Part shown: piece after piece, positions 1 through 10,448 of the stretch
How positions within the stretch are numbered: position 1 is the first letter of the stretch
How the letters are laid out: each line of letters opens with the position of its first letter
From: Betaproteobacteria bacterium
Lineage (GTDB): Bacteria > Pseudomonadota > Gammaproteobacteria > Burkholderiales > Casimicrobiaceae
NCBI GenBank assembly: GCA_016861105.1
Contig: BOKS01000017.1
Coordinates: 10,433 to 74,432 of the forward strand
Direction of reading: 5' to 3'
Length of the DNA: 64,000 nt
Translations under genes and position numbers: made by a program
Notes under the pieces: model-generated
Database searches by the model: none
What the model was told of the DNA's origin: nothing
What the model saw: the letters and a program-made list of their open reading frames with translations, nothing else

Positions 1-1
1 C

Positions 2-676
2 AACGCCATCGTCCCTGCGTTCGCGGTCGGCCGCACGCAGGAGGTGCTGCACGTCCTCGCCGATCTCGCGCGCCAGGGCCGCGTGCCGCGGCTCAACGTG
101 TTCGTCGACTCGCCGCTGGCGACGAAGGCGACCGCCATCACCGCGCGCTACGCGCCGATCCTCGACCGCGAGAGCCGCGACCTCGCCGCGTGGCAGGCCG
201 CGCATCCGGAGCGGATGAGCGTCAGCTTCACCGAGAGCGTGCAGGATTCGATGGCGATCAACGCGATCCGCAGCGGCGCAGTCATCGTCGCGGCGTCGGG
301 CATGTGCGACGCCGGGCGCGTCCGCCACCACCTGCGACACAACCTGCCCCACGAGACGACGGCGGTGATCATCACCGGCTTCCAGGCCGCCGGCACGCTG
401 GGGCGCTCGCTGGTCGACGGCGCGCGCAGCGTGCGGCTGTTCCGGGAGGACGTGCCGGTGCGGGCGAGCGTCCACACCATCGGCGGCCTTTCCGCGCACG
501 CCGACCAGGGGGCGCTGCTCGGCTGGCTCGGCGCTTTCCGGCGCAAGCCGGCGCGGACGTTCGTCGTGCACGGCGAGCGCGGCGTCGCCGAGGGCTTCGC
601 CACGCTCGTGCGCCAGCGCCTCGGCTTTCCCGCGGTGGACGTGCCGGCCCTCGGCGAGCGGATCGTGCTCGGTTGA
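2..676 (+). CDS. MBL-fold/beta-CASP metallo-hydrolase (RNA-processing nuclease family), 5' truncated by window edge
   Basis: Frame open from nt 2: PAFAVGRTQE, FVDSPLA, AASGMCDAGR, GFQAAGTLG, GLSAHADQ, FVVHGE (beta-CASP and RMMBL motifs). Confidence 0.9.
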   Translation, partial: NAIVPAFAVGRTQEVLHVLADLARQGRVPRLNVFVDSPLATKATAITARYAPILDRESRDLAAWQAAHPERMSVSFTESVQDSMAINAIRSGAVIVAASGMCDAGRVRHHLRHNLPHETTAVIITGFQAAGTLGRSLVDGARSVRLFREDVPVRASVHTIGGLSAHADQGALLGWLGAFRRKPARTFVVHGERGVAEGFATLVRQRLGFPAVDVPALGERIVLG

Positions 677-871
677 CCCGGCGGCCAGGCGGTCCGGAAA
701 GCCCTTCCGCTGGGCGGAAACGTTGCCGGATCGCCACTGCGCGAGCGGATCCTTGCACTGTCTTCCATGCGGTCATGGCCTTAGCGCCGGGGGCCGCGGT
801 CGACCGGTCCGCGCGGGACGTTCCGTGGACCGCATCGCAGCAAGAAGTGGCGGGCGTATCCGATCGCACGC

Positions 872-908
872 TTCCATCTGATGGAAACGATTTCAAAGTA
901 ATTGATTA
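872..908. promoter_or_regulatory. Operator-like sites upstream of aceA
   Basis: Perfect palindrome TTCCATC-T-GATGGAA (872-886) overlapping TGGAAAcgATTTCaA (882-896, IclR-box-like) in an AT-rich island; IHF-like AATCAAttacTTT on minus strand (896-908). Confidence 0.45.
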
Positions 909-1244
909 CGTGCGCAAAATTTCTTGATGCACTGCCAGATTGTCGCTTGAAACGACAGCGCCGCTTTGCTACCTTGGGTCTCGTCACGACGGCCGTCGAT
1001 CGCGACTTGTAGCGGCGGCCGGCAAAGCTGGGCCTGGGTTCCGATCCCATCCATGCCCGCCGACCGCGCGAGCGATCCTCGCCGGTCCGTGCAGCGGGGC
1101 GCCGGCGGCCTGGGGTCGCCGGTGGTTCCGCACCGTGGCCAGGCGCGCGTCCGCAGGGCGCGTGCAGGGCTGCCGACCAACGTGCCGGAGCGCACCTCAG
1201 TGCGCCCGACCTGGCCCGAACGCATTCGAATGGGAGCAGCGACG

Positions 1245-2540
<1,296 letters not shown>

Positions 2541-2570
2541 CGCCGACGCTGCCCCAAAGCCGCCGTCCAC

Positions 2571-2601
2571 GCCGCGCCCCGCCCGGGGCGCGGTTTTTTT
2601 T
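2571..2601 (+). terminator. Intrinsic terminator after aceA
   Basis: GC-rich stem CCGCGCCCC/GGGGCGCGG followed by T8. Confidence 0.9.
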
Positions 2602-2671
2602 GTCCGGCGCTTGCCGCGGCGCCCCGAAGGATGCGAGGCTGGCCGCTTCCGCCCGCGTGGAGGTGCCGACG

Positions 2672-3496
2672 ATGGCCGCGCTCGCCGAACCCTTCGCGTT
2701 CTTCGCGCGCCGTCCCGCGCCGCCGCTCGATCGCTTCGTCGCGACGATCTGGGCGGTGCGCGGGAGTGCGGGCTACCGCCGCGCCGCCGTGCTCCCCAAC
2801 GGGGCGATCCAGCTGATGGTGAACTTCGGGGCGCCGCATGGCGTGACCGCCATCGCGGACCGGCGTGCCGACCTGACTTTCGCACGGGCGTGGATCGCCG
2901 GAATGCAGGAGGCGCCGCTCGCGATCGTCTCGCCGCTGCACTCCGATCTGCTGGCGATCCGCTTCCGACCGGGCGGCGCGCACGCGTTCCTGCCCGTTCC
3001 GCCGTCGGCGATCGCCAACGACGTCGTGGACGCGCAGGCGCTCCTCGGCGCGGACGTCGACGAGCTTCGCGAGCGCCTGTGCGCCGCGCCTACGCGCGAG
3101 CGGCAGGCGGCGGCCGTCGAGGCGTGGCTGCTCGCACGCCTGCGGCCGCGCGAGCCGGCGCACTCGATCGTGCAGAGGGCGGTCACGATGCTGGGGCAGC
3201 GCGCGCCGGGCGAGTCCGTCGCCGGCGCGTGCGAGCGGCTCGGCGTGTCCAACCGGTGGCTGATCCGCATGTTCCGCGACACCGTCGGCGTGCCGCCGAA
3301 GACCTACGCGCGCATCCGGCGCTTCCACGAGGCGCTGCGCCGCCTGCCGGCCTCGTCGAGAGCCGATCTCGCGCTCGACCTCGGCTACGCGGACCAGGCG
3401 CACTTCAACCACGAGTTCCGGCGCTTTTCCGCGGTCGCGCCCGGCGCATTCCTGCGGCTCCGGGGGGAGGACGGCGAGAGCCTCGTGCTCGGCTAG
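2672..3496 (+). CDS. AraC-family transcriptional regulator (DUF6597-like N-terminus)
   Basis: VLPNGAIQLMVN N-terminal motif; C-terminal FRDTVGVPPKTYARIRRF...LALDLGYADQAHFNHEFRRFS; GGAGG RBS. Confidence 0.88.
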   Translation: MAALAEPFAFFARRPAPPLDRFVATIWAVRGSAGYRRAAVLPNGAIQLMVNFGAPHGVTAIADRRADLTFARAWIAGMQEAPLAIVSPLHSDLLAIRFRPGGAHAFLPVPPSAIANDVVDAQALLGADVDELRERLCAAPTRERQAAAVEAWLLARLRPREPAHSIVQRAVTMLGQRAPGESVAGACERLGVSNRWLIRMFRDTVGVPPKTYARIRRFHEALRRLPASSRADLALDLGYADQAHFNHEFRRFSAVAPGAFLRLRGEDGESLVLG

Positions 3497-3548
3497 GCAG
3501 GGCTCCCCGCCATTCGCGGGCTGCGGGCAACGACCATGCCGGAATCGG

Positions 3549-6134
3549 TCATGGCACCCGCACTATCGATGTTTCCGTTCGCAGGCGGCACTGTCCATCG
3601 GGCGACTCTTCCTCCCGGACGTGGTTGCCGCTCGTGAAATCGGCCGCGAACAACACGTCGAACCTCGCGCTGCAGTCAGGAACGTACGCCGAACTTCCGG
3701 ACGCGTTCCGGCAGCCATTGTAGGAGAGTGAACTTCCCGCGGCCCTCGTGAATCGAGCGAGAACAACCCCGGGCATCGACGGTTCGAGGACGTCGAATGT
3801 CGATCGGTCCGGGGCGAATTCATGGACAAAGCGGGAAACCGGGATCGTGGGATACGCGCATCCCGCGGGCGTCATCACATCGCGCTGAACCCGATACTCC
3901 CAGAGACCTTTGTCGACGGTTCCCTCGCCGCAGTTGCCGACGAGACGGGCGACATCGAACGTCTTGTCGAAGACATCTCGCCTGGTCAAGTCGCGTCCCG
4001 CGCGATACTCGACGTAGGCCTTGACCGGCATGGTCAGCTTCGCGCAGACGTCGCTGGAGGGAACGCGAATGGAAGCCGTCAGCTCGGCGGCGGGCCCGGT
4101 CCTCACGCCCAGGGACGCGAGGTGATAGGAGCCGAACGCGTTGAGCCGCAGCGAAGGATCGATCTCCACGGCCGCAGTGGCGGAATAGCTGAACGACGGG
4201 GCCAGCGCCAGGATCAGGGCGTTCCTGTCGATCAGGCTTCCGTTGACGGTGACCTCGGGAGCGTGACTGCCGGCGCCGGGCGCGTACTTGATCTCGGCGT
4301 TCGCGAGTCCAAGGCCGATGACCGGCGTGATGTCCGTCTCGGCGTTGAGACGCAGGAACACCGGAACGTCCACTCGCAGGAAACCGTACGAACCCGGCAG
4401 TGGGATGGACCATTGCCCGATCTTGTACCTGGCGAGGTTCCGCTTGACCTTGCAGCCGATCCTGGATTCGATCTGCGGGACGATGTAGGTCGCAGTGACC
4501 GCTGCCGAGGACATCTGGCCCTTCGCCAAGGCGAGCGTGACGTCACCGTAGATTCCCAGCGACGCCGACACGGCCTCCAGCTTGGCGCCGCCCGCGCCGC
4601 ACGGGACCTCGACCAACCACGAGAGCTTCACGCCGGGCGCGCCCTTGTAGACGGATGCCGCCGCGGACAGCTTCTTCGAACGCAGTCCCGCTTCGGTTGC
4701 GGCCTTCGGCTGCAGATCGAGGGTGTCGTTCGCCTCCCCCGCCGCAGGGTCCAGCCGGGCGGTGATGCTGAGCTTCGAGAACAATTCGTCGAGCGACGGT
4801 GCCGCGACATCGATGACGTGGCGCCCGGCGGAGCTCGAAACGCCGGTCGCGACGAAGGCGCCCACGTCCGGAACCACGAAGACATCTCCCCGCGCGATGC
4901 CCACGTCGGCCGCGAACTCGAGCCTCTCTGCGGTCGCCGAGAGCAGTTCGGCTCGCTGGGCTTCGGTGAGCGTTCGCACCGCATCGCCCAGGGCGACCTC
5001 TCCGCTGACCTGGCCCGCGGCGGCGGCGGTGCCCGCCGGCACACAGGCGAAAACGGACGTGGCATGGTGGCCTTCGGGCGTCCAGCCCTTCGCCTTCATC
5101 GACTGGTACACGGCGACGTTCGCCGTGTACCTGTGGTTCGGCGCGCCGGTGACGCCGTTGTTGTAGAGCCGGTAGAGAGCTCCCGTGCCGCGCGGGCACC
5201 CGCCGGCCGCGTCCGGAAGCTGCAGGTAGAACGCATCGGCCTCGTATTGCCAGAGACCTTCTTGCTTGAGCTTGGCGCACTCCTGCGCGTACGGCGTGTA
5301 GAAGTGCGAGCTCTTCGGCGCGAACTTCTCGGTGAAGAACCGGCAGACGGGCTGAAGGTCGCCGCCGGGCTCCGCGAAGACCCGGAACGCGCTTCCCGTC
5401 CGCGACCAGCCCGACCCGGGGTTCGAGTCCAGCGCTGCGATCTCGTCGCCGAACGACGTGACGAAATAGTGTCCGAACTGCGCGTGGTGGAACTCGACCG
5501 CCATGGCGGTGGGCGCGTTCGCCGGGACGGGTTCCGCGACCGCGACGGTCACGGACGCCGGCGCGGAGATGAAAAACCCGTTCCAGCCGTTGACGGTGAA
5601 CGTCGAGGTCCGGGTGATCGCGACCACGACTTCCGCGGTGGTCGCATGCTCGACGCCGGGGCCGCGCCAGCTGTAGCCGGTCGCCCCCGGCAGGCATGAT
5701 GCGGTGAGCCTGACCTGCCCGCCGCCGATGGGGAGCGAGGCGGGCGTTGCGCGGAGACTGCAACTCACCGGCCCCGGCGGGCTTGCCTTCACGGTCAGCT
5801 TGTACGTTCCGGAGACCGAACCACAGTCCGAAGAGAAACTCACGGCAACGGGCAGAAGGTAGGTCCCCGCGACGGTCGGAATGCCCGAGATCGTGCCGTC
5901 GGCCTGCAGCAGGAGGCCGGGCACGAAGTCGTAGGGTACCTGCCACAGGTAATGCGGTGTGCTGGGTACCGGACAGCTCCATCCCGGGTTATGCGTGTAG
6001 TTCGCGCCGACCGTGGCGTCCGGGATCGGATACGGATCCGGACTGAACGCTGCGCTCGCCGCTGTCGCCATTGCGGCGGTCACGACGAAGACGGCGATGT
6101 TCGCGACCTTCCTCAGAGCGTCACGGAAAGGCAT
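3549..6134 (-). CDS. Large secreted modular protein (putative Ig domain + DUF5648-like repeat domain + unknown beta-rich C-terminus)
   Basis: Signal peptide; GLLLQADGTISGIPTVAGTY Ig-like motif; AVEFHHAQFGHYFVT...GWSRTG...VCRFF...SSHFYT...WQYE...LYRLYNNG...PNHRYT repeat motifs; 861 aa ORF with RBS-like GGAG-poor leader, lower GC than flanks. Confidence 0.8.
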   Translation of the reverse strand: MPFRDALRKVANIAVFVVTAAMATAASAAFSPDPYPIPDATVGANYTHNPGWSCPVPSTPHYLWQVPYDFVPGLLLQADGTISGIPTVAGTYLLPVAVSFSSDCGSVSGTYKLTVKASPPGPVSCSLRATPASLPIGGGQVRLTASCLPGATGYSWRGPGVEHATTAEVVVAITRTSTFTVNGWNGFFISAPASVTVAVAEPVPANAPTAMAVEFHHAQFGHYFVTSFGDEIAALDSNPGSGWSRTGSAFRVFAEPGGDLQPVCRFFTEKFAPKSSHFYTPYAQECAKLKQEGLWQYEADAFYLQLPDAAGGCPRGTGALYRLYNNGVTGAPNHRYTANVAVYQSMKAKGWTPEGHHATSVFACVPAGTAAAAGQVSGEVALGDAVRTLTEAQRAELLSATAERLEFAADVGIARGDVFVVPDVGAFVATGVSSSAGRHVIDVAAPSLDELFSKLSITARLDPAAGEANDTLDLQPKAATEAGLRSKKLSAAASVYKGAPGVKLSWLVEVPCGAGGAKLEAVSASLGIYGDVTLALAKGQMSSAAVTATYIVPQIESRIGCKVKRNLARYKIGQWSIPLPGSYGFLRVDVPVFLRLNAETDITPVIGLGLANAEIKYAPGAGSHAPEVTVNGSLIDRNALILALAPSFSYSATAAVEIDPSLRLNAFGSYHLASLGVRTGPAAELTASIRVPSSDVCAKLTMPVKAYVEYRAGRDLTRRDVFDKTFDVARLVGNCGEGTVDKGLWEYRVQRDVMTPAGCAYPTIPVSRFVHEFAPDRSTFDVLEPSMPGVVLARFTRAAGSSLSYNGCRNASGSSAYVPDCSARFDVLFAADFTSGNHVREEESPDGQCRLRTETSIVRVP

Positions 6135-6596
6135 GAGCGGGCGAGCTTTCGGGCGAAGTGGGCGCAGAGGAGGGCGGGGCCGCGTGGTCGCGGTTCTGGG
6201 GGCCGGGGACGCGAACGAGACAGGAACTCGGCACGCGGCGATGCCGAGTGACGCCGGTGCGCCGTGTCGACGCCAGGCGCGCGCCGCGACGCGTGCAAAG
6301 AGGTACGCGCAGCTACGTCAATCTCGTGGTGGTGGTGGCAGCCTCGTTCGACCTGCCGCATCGCACTGCGACGCCGTGACCGCGACGCGGAGGAGCACTC
6401 TAGACACCGTGCTCGACCGCGTCAACGTCGTCGGCGCTGCGCAGCGGCCGCGCGTGCCGACGCCTGTCGGGTTCTCGCGCATAGTTCATCGCGAAACGTG
6501 GTCGCTCGCTCATGGAATCGCGTCGTGCCGTTGTCGCGGTCCGGCGCGTCCGGGTCGCTGGACCGACCTGCTCGACGATCCCGGAAAGGGTCCGGG

Positions 6597-7121
6597 CTAC
6601 TGCACGCGACGATAGGGGTAGGTGCCGAAGTCGACCCACCGGCCGTCACGCAAGGCCTCGACGCGGATCACGTGCGCGTCGGCGTCGCCGCGGACCGTCG
6701 CGCGCCACGACGGATGCCCGGGATTGCCGACGACCTTGACGTCCATCCGCAGCTCGCCGTCGCGTACCTCGAGGACGCCGGCGCCGAAGCCGCCGCTGTC
6801 GAGGAAGTCGACGAACTCGATGCGCTTCGTCTCGGGGTTCCAGTAGAACGGCGTCTCGCGCAGCTGCAAGAGGCGCCCGTCGCGCTCGGCGAAGCTGCGC
6901 CCGACGATGAGGCGGCCGTCGAACGACGCCTCGTAGGTGCGCACGAGCGTGAACCTGCGCCCGCCGGCCTCGAAGGTTCCTTCCCAGCGGCCGCCCACCC
7001 AGTGCGCGATCGGGGCGAGCTCGGCGGCGACGGTAGCCGCCGGGGCCAAGGGCGCAGGGGCGTGCGCGCAGGCGGCGAGAAGCGCGACAGCGAGAAGGAG
7101 CGGCAGGGACCGGATCGGCAT
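6597..7121 (-). CDS. Hypothetical lipoprotein (lipocalin/beta-barrel-like)
   Basis: MPIRSLPLLLAVALLAAC lipobox; LAPIAHWVGGRWEG motif typical of small beta-barrel proteins. Confidence 0.7.
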   Translation of the reverse strand: MPIRSLPLLLAVALLAACAHAPAPLAPAATVAAELAPIAHWVGGRWEGTFEAGGRRFTLVRTYEASFDGRLIVGRSFAERDGRLLQLRETPFYWNPETKRIEFVDFLDSGGFGAGVLEVRDGELRMDVKVVGNPGHPSWRATVRGDADAHVIRVEALRDGRWVDFGTYPYRRVQ

Positions 7122-7243
7122 GTGCTTCCCCCGGGAGAGGCGACGCGGCATGATTCCACGCCGCGCGCCGCGGTGCTTGGAAAAATCTGACCTGGCAGCG
7201 GGCGGGCGCTTGTTCGCGCAGGAAGCGCAGGTTAGCGTGCGGC

Positions 7244-7786
7244 ATGGCCCCCGATCGTGCGCCGCGGCTGTTCTTCGCGCTCTGGCCGGATGCGCGCGCG
7301 CGGACGGCGCTGGCGCGCCTCGGCCGCGAGATCGCCTTTCATGCGCACGGCCGCGCGCCGCGGCCCGAGTCGCTTCACCTCACGCTCGCGTTCCTCGGGC
7401 CCGTGGCCGCGGAACGCCTCGCGGCCGTGCGGGCGGCAGGCGAGGCGGCAGCGGCGAGCGTCGATGCGTTTCCCCTCGCGCTCGAGCGCGTCGGCGGCAC
7501 CGCGTACGGCATCGCGTGGCTCGCGCCGGACAAGGTTCCGGAGGCGCTGCGCGCCCTGCACGCGGCGCTCGCCGGGGCGCTCGAGCGCGCGGGCTTCGCG
7601 CGCGAGCGGCGGATGTTCCGGCCGCACGTGACGCTCGCGCGCGACTGCGTCCGACCCGCGCAGCGCGGGGCGCTGCCGCCGATCGCCTGGACCGTGGACC
7701 GCCTGACGCTGATGGCGTCGACGCTGGCGCCGGAGGGGGCGCACTACCGCGAAGTGGCGGGGTGGCCGTTGCGCGGGCCGCGCTGA
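7244..7786 (+). CDS. thpR: RNA 2',3'-cyclic phosphodiesterase (2H phosphoesterase)
   Basis: RLFFALWP start; two HxT motifs (LHLTLAFLG, FRPHVTLAR). Confidence 0.92.
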   Translation: MAPDRAPRLFFALWPDARARTALARLGREIAFHAHGRAPRPESLHLTLAFLGPVAAERLAAVRAAGEAAAASVDAFPLALERVGGTAYGIAWLAPDKVPEALRALHAALAGALERAGFARERRMFRPHVTLARDCVRPAQRGALPPIAWTVDRLTLMASTLAPEGAHYREVAGWPLRGPR

Positions 7787-7823
7787 CGCCCGCGCCGCGC
7801 GCGCTCTGCTAGAGTCGCCGGCC

Positions 7824-9503
7824 ATGGGAGCGGGGACGCGACGCCGGCGGCTGTCGGCCGACGACCTGGAGGCGATTCTCGGCGTCACCAGCCGGCTCGC
7901 CGCGCCGTTCGACCTCGCGACGATGCTCGCCGAGGTGGTCGCTGCGGCGAAGCAGGTCCTGAAGGCGGACCGCGGCACGGTCTGGCTCTACGACGCCGCG
8001 CGCGACGAGCTGGTGATCGAGATCGGCACCGGCCTCGACGCGATCCGCGTGCCGGCCGGCACCGGCCTCGTCGGCGCGTGCGCGCGCAGTCGCGCGCCGA
8101 TCAACGTGCCCGACTGCTACGCCGATCCGCGCTTCGACCCGACGGTCGACCGCGCCACCGGCTATCGCACGCGCTCGATGCTCACGCTGCCGCTGGTGGA
8201 CCATCGCGACGACCTCGTCGGCGTGATGCAGGTGCTGAACAAGGCCGGCGGGGCGTTCGATCGCGCCGACGAGGACCTCGCCGCCGCGCTGGCGGCGCAG
8301 TGCGCGGTGGCGTTGCAGCGCGCGCGCATGACCGAGGCGCTGCTCGAGGGCGAGCGGCTGCGCCGGGAGCTCGCGATGGCGCGCGAGGTGCAGGCCGCCA
8401 CGTGGCCGGCGACGATGCCCGCGGTGCCGGGCTACGATGCCCACGGCGTCTCGCGCCCGGCGGAGCAGACGGGAGGCGACACGTTCGACCTGATGGCGGT
8501 CGACGGCCGGCTCGCCATCGTGCTCGGCGACGCCACCGGCCACGGCATCGCGCCCGCGCTCGCGGTCACGCAGATGCAGGCGATGCTGCGCATGGCGTTC
8601 CGCCTGGGCGCGGACCTCGCGACCGCGTTCCGCCACGTCAACGACCAGCTCGCCACGACGTTGCCGGACGACCGCTTCGTGACTGCCTTCGTCGGGCTGC
8701 TCGATCCGGCGAGCCACCGTCTCGAGTACCACAGCGGCGGCCAGGGCCCGATCCTGCATCTCCGCGCGGCGGACGGCCGCTGCGCGAAGCTCCGCCCGAC
8801 GAGCTTTCCGCTCGGCGCGATGCCGCTCGCCACGCTGCGACCGCCGGCGACGATCGACTTCGCGCCTGGCGACGTGCTGCTGCTGCTGTCGGACGGAGTC
8901 TTCGAGCACTGCAATGCCGGCGGCGAGGCGTTCGGCGAGGACCGCGCCGAGGCCGTGGCGCGCGGTCACGGCGCGCGGCCGATGGCGCTGCTCGCGCAGC
9001 GGCTTCTCGCGGAGCTCGACACCTTCGGCGCGGGGTCGCCGCAGCGCGACGACGTCACGATCGTCGCCGTCGCGCGCGAGAGCGCCGTGGCCCGCGAGCG
9101 CTTCGCGCGCCGCATCGACTCGCTGCCGGCGATGGTCGCGTTCACCGGGCGCTTCTTCGAGGCGCACGGCATCGCCCGCGCGTTGCTGGCGCCGGTGGAC
9201 TTCGCGATCGAGGAGCTCTTCACCAACATGGTCAAGCACGCGCGGCCCGGCGGGCCGCAGGTCGAGGTCGCGCTCGCCCGCATCGCCGGAGGTGTCGACG
9301 TGACGCTGACCGACTATGATGTCGAGGACTTCGACGTGGCGGGGGCGCCGGACGCGGACGTGACGCTGCCGATCGAGCGGCGCCGGCCCGGCGGGCTGGG
9401 CCTGCACCTGACGCGCCGGCTGGTCGACGGGCTGGACTATACGTACGACGCCGGCCGGCGCGAGGCCCGCATCAGATTCAGGAAGACGGAGGGCCTCGCC
9501 TGA
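7824..9503 (+). CDS. GAF + PP2C (SpoIIE/RsbU-type) phosphatase fused to RsbW/SpoIIAB-type HATPase
   Basis: GAF (YRTRSMLTLPL, VMQVLNK); PP2C (TGGDTFD, LGDATGHG, LSDGVFE, DDVT); HATPase (IEELFTNMVKHA, RPGGLGLHL). Confidence 0.9.
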   Translation: MGAGTRRRRLSADDLEAILGVTSRLAAPFDLATMLAEVVAAAKQVLKADRGTVWLYDAARDELVIEIGTGLDAIRVPAGTGLVGACARSRAPINVPDCYADPRFDPTVDRATGYRTRSMLTLPLVDHRDDLVGVMQVLNKAGGAFDRADEDLAAALAAQCAVALQRARMTEALLEGERLRRELAMAREVQAATWPATMPAVPGYDAHGVSRPAEQTGGDTFDLMAVDGRLAIVLGDATGHGIAPALAVTQMQAMLRMAFRLGADLATAFRHVNDQLATTLPDDRFVTAFVGLLDPASHRLEYHSGGQGPILHLRAADGRCAKLRPTSFPLGAMPLATLRPPATIDFAPGDVLLLLSDGVFEHCNAGGEAFGEDRAEAVARGHGARPMALLAQRLLAELDTFGAGSPQRDDVTIVAVARESAVARERFARRIDSLPAMVAFTGRFFEAHGIARALLAPVDFAIEELFTNMVKHARPGGPQVEVALARIAGGVDVTLTDYDVEDFDVAGAPDADVTLPIERRRPGGLGLHLTRRLVDGLDYTYDAGRREARIRFRKTEGLA

Positions 9504-9569
9504 GCGGCGCGAGCGCCGCGCGAGGCGTGGTGGCGGCGCCGCAGGAGCGGCCGTAGCGGGGGCGGAGCG

Positions 9570-9863
9570 ATGCTGACGATCGAGGAGGGCGTCGAGGGGA
9601 CCGTCGTGCTGAAGGGCCGGCTGGATGCGGCGCAGGCGCCGCTCGCCCAGGCGCACTTGGACGGCGTGCATGGCACGGCGACGCTCGACCTCGCCGGGCT
9701 CGACTACATCTCCAGCGCCGGCCTCGGCGTGCTGCTCAAGACGCAGAAGCGCCTGATGGCGGGCGGCGGCCGGCTGCGCCTCGCCGGCGTCAATCCGCAC
9801 GTGCGCGACATCCTCGTCTACTCCGGGTTCGACCAGTTGTTCGAGATCGAGCCGGCGCCCTGA
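9570..9863 (+). CDS. STAS-domain anti-sigma factor antagonist (RsbV/SpoIIAA-like)
   Basis: LKGRLDAA, LDLAGLDYISSAGLGVLL with phospho-acceptor Ser, GFDQLF; GGAG RBS. Confidence 0.92.
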   Translation: MLTIEEGVEGTVVLKGRLDAAQAPLAQAHLDGVHGTATLDLAGLDYISSAGLGVLLKTQKRLMAGGGRLRLAGVNPHVRDILVYSGFDQLFEIEPAP

Positions 9864-9878
9864 CGCCGGCCCGGCATC

Positions 9879-9903
9879 CCAACTTTCCCGCCGCCCGGGT
9901 GTA
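9879..9903 (+). promoter_or_regulatory. Putative ECF sigma-dependent promoter, copy 1
   Basis: CCAACTTT-N10-GGGTGTA, ending 3 nt before the sigma GTG start; identical motif and spacing at 10691-10715. Confidence 0.7.
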
Positions 9904-9906
9904 CTT

Positions 9907-10446
9907 GTGATCGATGACCCCGATCACGCCCTGCTCGAGCGCTACCTGCGCGGCGACGCGCACGCGTTCCGCGACCTGGTCGTCCGCTACCAGCGTCCGG
10001 TCTACAACGCGGCGTTCGGCGTGCTGCGGCACGCGGACGACGCGCGCGACGTCGCGCAGACCGTGTTCCTGCGCGTGGCCGAGCGGGCCGGCGAGTTCGA
10101 CGGCAAGCACCGCGTGTTCAGCTGGATCTACCGCATCGCCGTCAACGAGTCGCTCAACGTGCTGCGCCGCAGCGGGCGCGAGGAGGCGCTGGGCGAGGAG
10201 GACGACCTGCCCGACGAGGCGCGCATCGATCCGCAGCGCCACGCCGAGGACGGCGAGCGGGCGCGGCGCGTCCACGAGGCGATGACGAGGCTTCCCGTGG
10301 CCGACCGCACCGTCCTCACGCTGCGCCACTTCGCCGAGCTGTCGTACGCGCAGATCGCCGCCGTGCTCGAACTCGACGAGAAGACCGTGAAGTCGCGCCT
10401 CTACGAGGCGCGCCAGCGCCTGAAGGCGCTGCTGCCGGACCTCTGA
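9907..10446 (+). CDS. ECF (sigma-70 group 4) RNA polymerase sigma factor
   Basis: Region 2 (GDAHAFRDLVVRYQ, DARDVAQTVF, SWIYRIAVN); region 4 (LSYAQIAAVL...TVKSRLYEARQRL). Confidence 0.95.
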   Translation: MIDDPDHALLERYLRGDAHAFRDLVVRYQRPVYNAAFGVLRHADDARDVAQTVFLRVAERAGEFDGKHRVFSWIYRIAVNESLNVLRRSGREEALGEEDDLPDEARIDPQRHAEDGERARRVHEAMTRLPVADRTVLTLRHFAELSYAQIAAVLELDEKTVKSRLYEARQRLKALLPDL

Positions 10447-10448
10447 CG

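Noticed and set aside
966-1244. N-terminal extension of aceA in the ORF track (similarly dxs, purF, folC and others)
   Set aside because: Homology and RBS positions indicate downstream starts
6113-6596. Small ORFs (CHHHHE) and CCACCACCACCA resembling a tRNA/tmRNA 3' end or att site
   Set aside because: No cloverleaf or T-loop consensus, no integrase, no recognisable protein motif
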